20,000 bases of DNA from an uncultured virus (IMG/VR IMGVR_UViG_3300021559_000009) (lineage: Duplodnaviria > Heunggongvirae > Uroviricota > Caudoviricetes): IMG/VR virus record IMGVR_UViG_3300021559_000009, positions 47,214 through 67,213 of that record. One strand, given 5' to 3'. Of the stretch, positions 15,767-20,000 are shown piece by piece. Below the pieces are notes generated by a model. The model saw only the letters and a program-made list of their open reading frames with translations. It was not told where the DNA came from and ran no database searches. Numbering within the stretch: the stretch's first letter is position 1; each line of letters begins with the position of its first letter. The translations under genes were made by a program, and so were the position numbers.

Positions 15767-16515
15767 CAGCCCGTCGCCTTCTGCAGACCGAGCTTGCTCG
15801 TAAGCGTCGGATCAAGCGCTTGTTCGTACTGAGAGCGCAGCACCGATGGGTTCGCAAATTGTCGCGCGCGCCCCATGAACGTCTTGTACTGCCCGAATAA
15901 ACGCTCGGCATCCGCAATCCGCGCATTCGTCTGCGCCGACATGAGCGCAAGATACGCAGCAAAGAACGGTGCAGCGTCAGTCCATAAAAATGGAATTGCC
16001 TCCACGTCGCCGTCGGCCGCTAGCTTCTGCGGGTAGCAAACGCAATCGCAGCTGAGCACATAGACCAGGTCGGGGGGCGGGTCGAGGTAGAAGCTCCCCG
16101 ACGCGCCGCTCCCCGTGCTCTGCCCGCTTGAACCCTGAGCGAATTGACTCCACTCGACCGGCGAACCCGCCTGCGGCTCCGGGTTGTTCAGCGAGAACAG
16201 CTCAAACCACGGCCACGCTCGCGACTCAACGCGCTGAAAACCGTCGCCGACCGCGTAGCGCACCGACCGGACGTGAATCACGCCCTGCACGCCCGTCGTC
16301 GCCGCGACCCCGACGTTGATGGACGAGAAGTTGTAGGCGCGCTGCCCGATAACGGTCGGAATCGTGCCAATGGCGCGGATACATTCACCCTCACCGGCGA
16401 GCTGCCCGCGCGCCGTATTGATCCACCCCGTGAGGTCAGACGTAGCGTAGAGTGGCGATGGCGCTGCCGGGTTCTGGAGAAGCTGCTGGGTTTGAAGGAG
16501 ATATTGATTGAGCAC
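15766..16515 (-). CDS. Head-tail adaptor-like protein, paralog 1, 249 aa
   Basis: GTG start with GGGAGG SD. Motifs LNQYL...WINTARGQLA, YLDPPPDLVY and IPFLWTDAAPFFAAYLA. Confidence 0.65.
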   Translation of the reverse strand: MLNQYLLQTQQLLQNPAAPSPLYATSDLTGWINTARGQLAGEGECIRAIGTIPTVIGQRAYNFSSINVGVAATTGVQGVIHVRSVRYAVGDGFQRVESRAWPWFELFSLNNPEPQAGSPVEWSQFAQGSSGQSTGSGASGSFYLDPPPDLVYVLSCDCVCYPQKLAADGDVEAIPFLWTDAAPFFAAYLALMSAQTNARIADAERLFGQYKTFMGRARQFANPSVLRSQYEQALDPTLTSKLGLQKATG

Positions 16516-16534
16516 CGGCAGTCCTCCCGCCGGT
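16514..16534 (-). promoter_or_regulatory. 8-bp hairpin covering the SD and GTG start of adaptor paralog 1
   Basis: Minus strand: tg[ACCGGCGG gagga CTGCCGGT]g. The 5' arm starts at the A of the upstream TGA, and the 3' arm ends in the GT of the GTG start. Confidence 0.6.
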
Positions 16535-16758
16535 CACACACGCCTCAAAACCGGGTTGGCAGGTGTCGATCGTCCAGCGTCCAGCACATAATACGCCTGC
16601 GATCCATCGGGGTTCAAGCACAGCAGCGGCGTATGAAGCTGCTGCGCCCGCGCCATGGCCCCCGGCGTCGCGCCCGAGTCGGGCAGCGTATGCACTTTTT
16701 GCGCAAACTTCTGTCCGATACCGGCGCCCGTGACCGCAAGGCTATAGGTCTCAGCCAC
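16534..16758 (-). CDS. Small hypothetical virion-associated protein, 74 aa
   Basis: GTG start 1 nt after the upstream TAA. Fills the operon gap. Confidence 0.7.
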   Translation of the reverse strand: MAETYSLAVTGAGIGQKFAQKVHTLPDSGATPGAMARAQQLHTPLLCLNPDGSQAYYVLDAGRSTPANPVLRRV

Positions 16759-16759
16759 G

Positions 16760-17950
16760 TTACGCCGCCGGCTGGATGATGCACACGTCGGGCTTGGAAC
16801 CCATCGTCAACGAGATGGTGCTGGTGCCCACGATGGTGCCGGTCGTGGCTGTGACCGGATCGGCAATGAAAAGCGGTGACGGCGCCGAGAAGAACAGTCC
16901 GCTATCGTAGATCGTCCCAACCTGCGCCGCAATCGTGCCGGCACCGCCAACCGTTAGCGCGATCTGCGCGGCACGCGGCCGCGCGCGAAGGAAGAGAAAA
17001 TCCTCGCTGTTGGTGAACGTGCCCTGCGGCGGGTAGCCGCCGACGGTCGTCACATATCCCAACGTGCCGGCATCTCCCGAAATCGTCGAGCCCCCGATCA
17101 CCGACGCCGTGACCACGGTCTGAAGCATGACCGGATTGACGCTGCCCGCCGTACCGACGCCCGACACCACCAGCGAGATGTTTGCCGGGTTCGCAATCGG
17201 GTTGCCGGGGTTGGTGCAAAGCAGGCCGGTAAGCGAGCCCGACGCGCCGACCGTGAACGTGATGGTGCCGAGAGTGATGCCCGTCACGAGATTCGGATCG
17301 GTCGGGTTCGGCAGACACACCGCGTTGAACGTCGTACCAGTGTAGCCGGCACCCGGATTGGTAAAGGTGAAACCGCTGACGGTCCCGCTGGAGATCGTCG
17401 CGTAACCCGACGCCGCGATGCCACCGACGCCGTTCGGGTTCGATCCCGCCGGCGGCGGCGAAGGAATCATCACGATCGGCGGCACACCATAACCAGCACC
17501 CGCATTAGCGGTCACGATCGTCGCCGTGTTCATTGACAACTGGCCACCAACAATCGGCTGCCACGTCGAACCGCCACCGCCGGTCACCGCGACCGTGGTC
17601 GATGCTTGCACGTAGCCCGAACCGGGCGCAATGATCACGCCCCACACCGGACAGCCAAGCCGGTTGGAGATGCGCAGGTTGAAGCCGTCACTCTTGACGT
17701 AATAGAGCCCGTCATTCCACGCCGCGGCGGCAGCCATCACCCACACGCCGGTGACGGGGTCGAGGAACTCCAATGTGAGGTACGAGCCAAGCGATATCGC
17801 CCACGTACCCGCAGGGATCGGGATCTGGTCGCCGGCATTCAGCGTGATCTTGTTGCTCGGCGCATCCAGCGGAGCGTTTTGCAGCTCGCTGGGATACAAA
17901 TTCTGCGGCAACTGAAAGCCAAGGCCGGGACCTGACAGGGGAGCGGACAC
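16760..17950 (-). CDS. Capsid-associated (decoration/head-fibre-like) protein with Gly/Thr/Pro-rich GxGY modules, 396 aa
   Basis: Immediately downstream of the capsid gene. TAAGGAGG SD overlaps the capsid stop. Beta-rich composition. Confidence 0.6.
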   Translation of the reverse strand: MSAPLSGPGLGFQLPQNLYPSELQNAPLDAPSNKITLNAGDQIPIPAGTWAISLGSYLTLEFLDPVTGVWVMAAAAAWNDGLYYVKSDGFNLRISNRLGCPVWGVIIAPGSGYVQASTTVAVTGGGGSTWQPIVGGQLSMNTATIVTANAGAGYGVPPIVMIPSPPPAGSNPNGVGGIAASGYATISSGTVSGFTFTNPGAGYTGTTFNAVCLPNPTDPNLVTGITLGTITFTVGASGSLTGLLCTNPGNPIANPANISLVVSGVGTAGSVNPVMLQTVVTASVIGGSTISGDAGTLGYVTTVGGYPPQGTFTNSEDFLFLRARPRAAQIALTVGGAGTIAAQVGTIYDSGLFFSAPSPLFIADPVTATTGTIVGTSTISLTMGSKPDVCIIQPAA

Positions 17951-17962
17951 TGGCTAACCTCC

Positions 17963-19015
17963 TTAGAACGAAGCGCTGAGCGGGGACAAATTATAGCCCC
18001 AGAAACCCGAGCTGGACTTGGCCGACACGTAGTCGTAGCCAACCACCACGACGCCCTGCTGCCCGATCTGCCCGAGCGGCACCAGCGAGTAAAAGCCAGA
18101 GAAGTCGAACGCCGCGTCCTCCGACAGGTACATCGCCGTGTACTTGACATTGACCCCGAACACATTGCCCTGCGGCACGAAGTGATCGGCGAAGATCGGT
18201 ACGCCCGACACAATGAGGTTCGGGAACGACGACCTGATCTCGATGTCCTTGCTGCCGGCCCCCGACATGCCGGGATAGACGACCTGCTGCTCGTTCCCGA
18301 TAAAGTCCTTATTGAGCGTCGCGTAATCGCCGGGCGCCATGACCACGAAAGTCGGCGCTTCGCCACCCGCGTTATTCGTGACGTAGGCGAGCAGCGTAGA
18401 CATAGTCGAGCGCGTGAAGCCGATCGTGCCGAGGTTGAACGTGCCCGACCCGAGATTGATGTACTGGCCCTTGAAGGCCGAATTGCCCGCAGCCGTGCGC
18501 GAGATGCCCCCGTAGGTCGGGAAGTTGGTCCCGTCGTCGAACGCATCCTGCATGCTGTTCGGAAACAGCGGGTTCGACGAGTTGTTCGTAAACGACAGCC
18601 GCGCCATGTTCTGACGCGTCACCGCAAATACGTCGTTCATGCGCGCCTTGAGAAGGCTGATCTCGCGATCGGTCGCCTGCAGCACCGTCTCGCCAAAGGG
18701 GAGCGGCACGGGCACGACCCAATAGGCAAGATTCCACTGGCCGTTTTGAACACCGGGCGTGATAACGGGACTGTTGAAGCCGCCGCCGTAGCCAGTAAAT
18801 TGACCCTGTACCATGCTTTGCCCTTGCATTGGTACGGTAATCTGGTTGAGGCCGCCAGCCGCACGCTGCGCGTTGCCGGTCATGTAAAAGAGGAAGGGGC
18901 TTCCAAAGTAAATTTGAACGAAAAGTCTGGGCACAAACGCCCTTCTCATAACAGCCGAAAGCTCGTTATAAAGGCTGCCCGCCGCTGGCGCGACGCCAAT
19001 ACCAGGAAGTGGCAA
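17963..19015 (-). CDS. Major capsid protein (probable HK97 fold), 350 aa
   Basis: Follows the scaffold-like gene with a strong AGGAGG 5 nt before TTG. Size and late motifs (VVMAPGDYATL, VSGVPIFADHFVPQG.VFGVN) fit capsid proteins. Confidence 0.8.
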   Translation of the reverse strand: MPLPGIGVAPAAGSLYNELSAVMRRAFVPRLFVQIYFGSPFLFYMTGNAQRAAGGLNQITVPMQGQSMVQGQFTGYGGGFNSPVITPGVQNGQWNLAYWVVPVPLPFGETVLQATDREISLLKARMNDVFAVTRQNMARLSFTNNSSNPLFPNSMQDAFDDGTNFPTYGGISRTAAGNSAFKGQYINLGSGTFNLGTIGFTRSTMSTLLAYVTNNAGGEAPTFVVMAPGDYATLNKDFIGNEQQVVYPGMSGAGSKDIEIRSSFPNLIVSGVPIFADHFVPQGNVFGVNVKYTAMYLSEDAAFDFSGFYSLVPLGQIGQQGVVVVGYDYVSAKSSSGFWGYNLSPLSASF

Positions 19016-19029
19016 ACTAGCCTCCTACG

Positions 19030-19623
19030 TTAGCGTCGCGCTTGTCCGCGAATCTCGCTCAACGCCTCGCGCGCGAGCTTGTCCACCACAAGCGTTGACT
19101 GGCCCTGCGACTCGATGAGCTTCTTAAGGTCCACCTGGTCGTCAGCCGGCGGCGCGAGGAAATCCCACGGTCCCGAACTGGCGCTGGTCGCGACCGGCGT
19201 CTGCGGCGGATGCTCGCGAAGGAAGTGAGCCCAAGCAATCTTCGGCTTGGTAATGCCCTCTTCTTCCATGATCTTGCGCACAGCCGCTTCGCCCTCAGCA
19301 AGCAGGCCGTGGTTCCGACGCAAATCTTCGAAGTCGCGCTCGATGCCGGTGCTCAGATCGGAAAGCTTCTTCTCCTGCTCGCGCGCTGCCTTCTCGTCGG
19401 CGAGCTGCTTCTTCAGTTCCTCGACGGAGGTTTGGAGCGGCGCCACGCGCTGCTCAAGCGGATCAGGCTGATCCAGCTCGGGAATCTCGGCTTTGGGATC
19501 GAACGCCTTGTTGGCCTCAAGCAGCTTGCGCCGCGCGACGGGATTCTTCATCCACGCACCGATCTGCTCACGCAGTTTACGGTTAGCGCGAACTTCCTCC
19601 TCGTCCACTTCGATAAGCGCCAT
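19030..19623 (-). CDS. Putative capsid scaffolding protein, 197 aa
   Basis: Highly charged coiled-coil protein directly before the capsid gene. ATG 19623 coupled by TGATG. Pro-rich linker and basic C-terminal helix (EIRGQARR). Confidence 0.65.
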   Translation of the reverse strand: MALIEVDEEEVRANRKLREQIGAWMKNPVARRKLLEANKAFDPKAEIPELDQPDPLEQRVAPLQTSVEELKKQLADEKAAREQEKKLSDLSTGIERDFEDLRRNHGLLAEGEAAVRKIMEEEGITKPKIAWAHFLREHPPQTPVATSASSGPWDFLAPPADDQVDLKKLIESQGQSTLVVDKLAREALSEIRGQARR

Positions 19624-19802
19624 CACTTGGTTCCGATGCTGCTACCCGCGTTCGGGATGTGGGAGATAGTCATGGCGGGCGACGACGCCTGCGCCGGCAG
19701 GTGCGACTTGCGTCCCTGGATGTCATCCGACTCCATATCGACGCGCACGATCTGCTCGTCCGACTTGGGGATCGACTTGGCGGAATTGTGAAAAAGGTCC
19801 AT
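19623..19802 (-). CDS. Small hypothetical protein, 59 aa (MDLFHNSAKSIPKSDEQIVRVDMESDDIQGRKSHLPAQASSPAMTISHIPNAGSSIGTK)
   Basis: Translated by hand. GAGGAG SD. Its TGA overlaps the scaffold ATG. Confidence 0.75.
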   Translation of the reverse strand: MDLFHNSAKSIPKSDEQIVRVDMESDDIQGRKSHLPAQASSPAMTISHIPNAGSSIGTK

Positions 19803-19814
19803 TCGCTCGACTCC

Positions 19815-19988
19815 TCAAACGGCGTGGCCGCGACGCGGCCTCGCGACGTGTTCAACCGATCGGCCGGACAAATGCTGTTCGCCGGACAAGAGCGGCGTGC
19901 CGGGCAGCGTGTCCTCGCGCACCATGGCAGTCGCCGTGTTCTCGTACTTGGACGGCATCTCGTCCTTGCACTTGAAAATGTCGGTCAT
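19815..19988 (-). CDS. Small hypothetical protein, 57 aa (MTDIFKCKDEMPSKYENTATAMVREDTLPGTPLLSGEQHLSGRSVEHVARPRRGHAV)
   Basis: Translated by hand. Possible ATGA overlap with an upstream ORF ending ...GMAA*. Its TGA is part of the next gene's SD (TGAGGAG). Confidence 0.65.
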   Translation of the reverse strand: MTDIFKCKDEMPSKYENTATAMVREDTLPGTPLLSGEQHLSGRSVEHVARPRRGHAV

Positions 19989-20000
19989 GCAGCCATCCCT

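Larger units (their letters stand above)
1..20000 (-). mobile_element. Tailed phage/prophage virion morphogenesis module, podovirus-like (head, neck, nozzle, ejection proteins, fibre-position genes); extends beyond both window edges
   Basis: About 23 co-oriented ORFs with overlapping or abutting stop/start codons. Gene order is scaffold-capsid-adaptors-nozzle-GNAT-ejection proteins-fibres. No host housekeeping genes. Integrated versus free state cannot be determined. Confidence 0.9.

Noticed and set aside
17948..17965. Capsid gene and the downstream 396-aa gene are in the same frame, suggesting a readthrough-extended capsid protein
   Set aside because: Two stops (TAA GGA GGT TAG) separate them, the downstream gene has its own strong SD, and no slippery sequence was seen.
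19826..19890. Short palindrome ggccgcg-a-cgcggcc and direct repeat gccggacaa x2
   Set aside because: Both are short, GC-rich and inside a coding region (LSG codons repeated), so they are compatible with chance.
1..20000. Stop-codon reassignment, CRISPR array, tRNA or other RNA genes
   Set aside because: Genes tile the window under the standard code and end in TAA, TGA or TAG. There is no intergenic space or spaced repeat array.

Overview
The whole window is one tightly packed, minus-strand virion morphogenesis operon of a tailed phage or prophage with podovirus-type organisation. No tape-measure, sheath or tail-tube gene is evident, and three putative ejection proteins are present. In transcription order (right to left): two tiny ORFs, putative scaffold, major capsid protein (TTG start), a Gly/Thr-rich capsid-associated protein, a small ORF, two tandem paralogous head-tail adaptor-like proteins, a small ORF, a tail nozzle-like protein, two small ORFs, a GNAT-like protein, three DNA-ejection-like proteins, a small soluble protein, a 2-TM membrane protein, then five consecutive genes in the tail-fibre position. 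The most unusual signal is that all five of these genes, including two long fibre-like proteins, start with Sec-type signal peptides once starts are corrected, and four of them carry paired cysteines. This suggests an exported, disulfide-folded fibre/adhesin module. Other points: a probable ATC start codon inside an SD-sequestering, terminator-like hairpin; a second SD/start-occluding hairpin; and a 'GxGY..P.V' module grafted into three structural proteins. Product calls rest on synteny, size and motifs read by eye. No database search was run.
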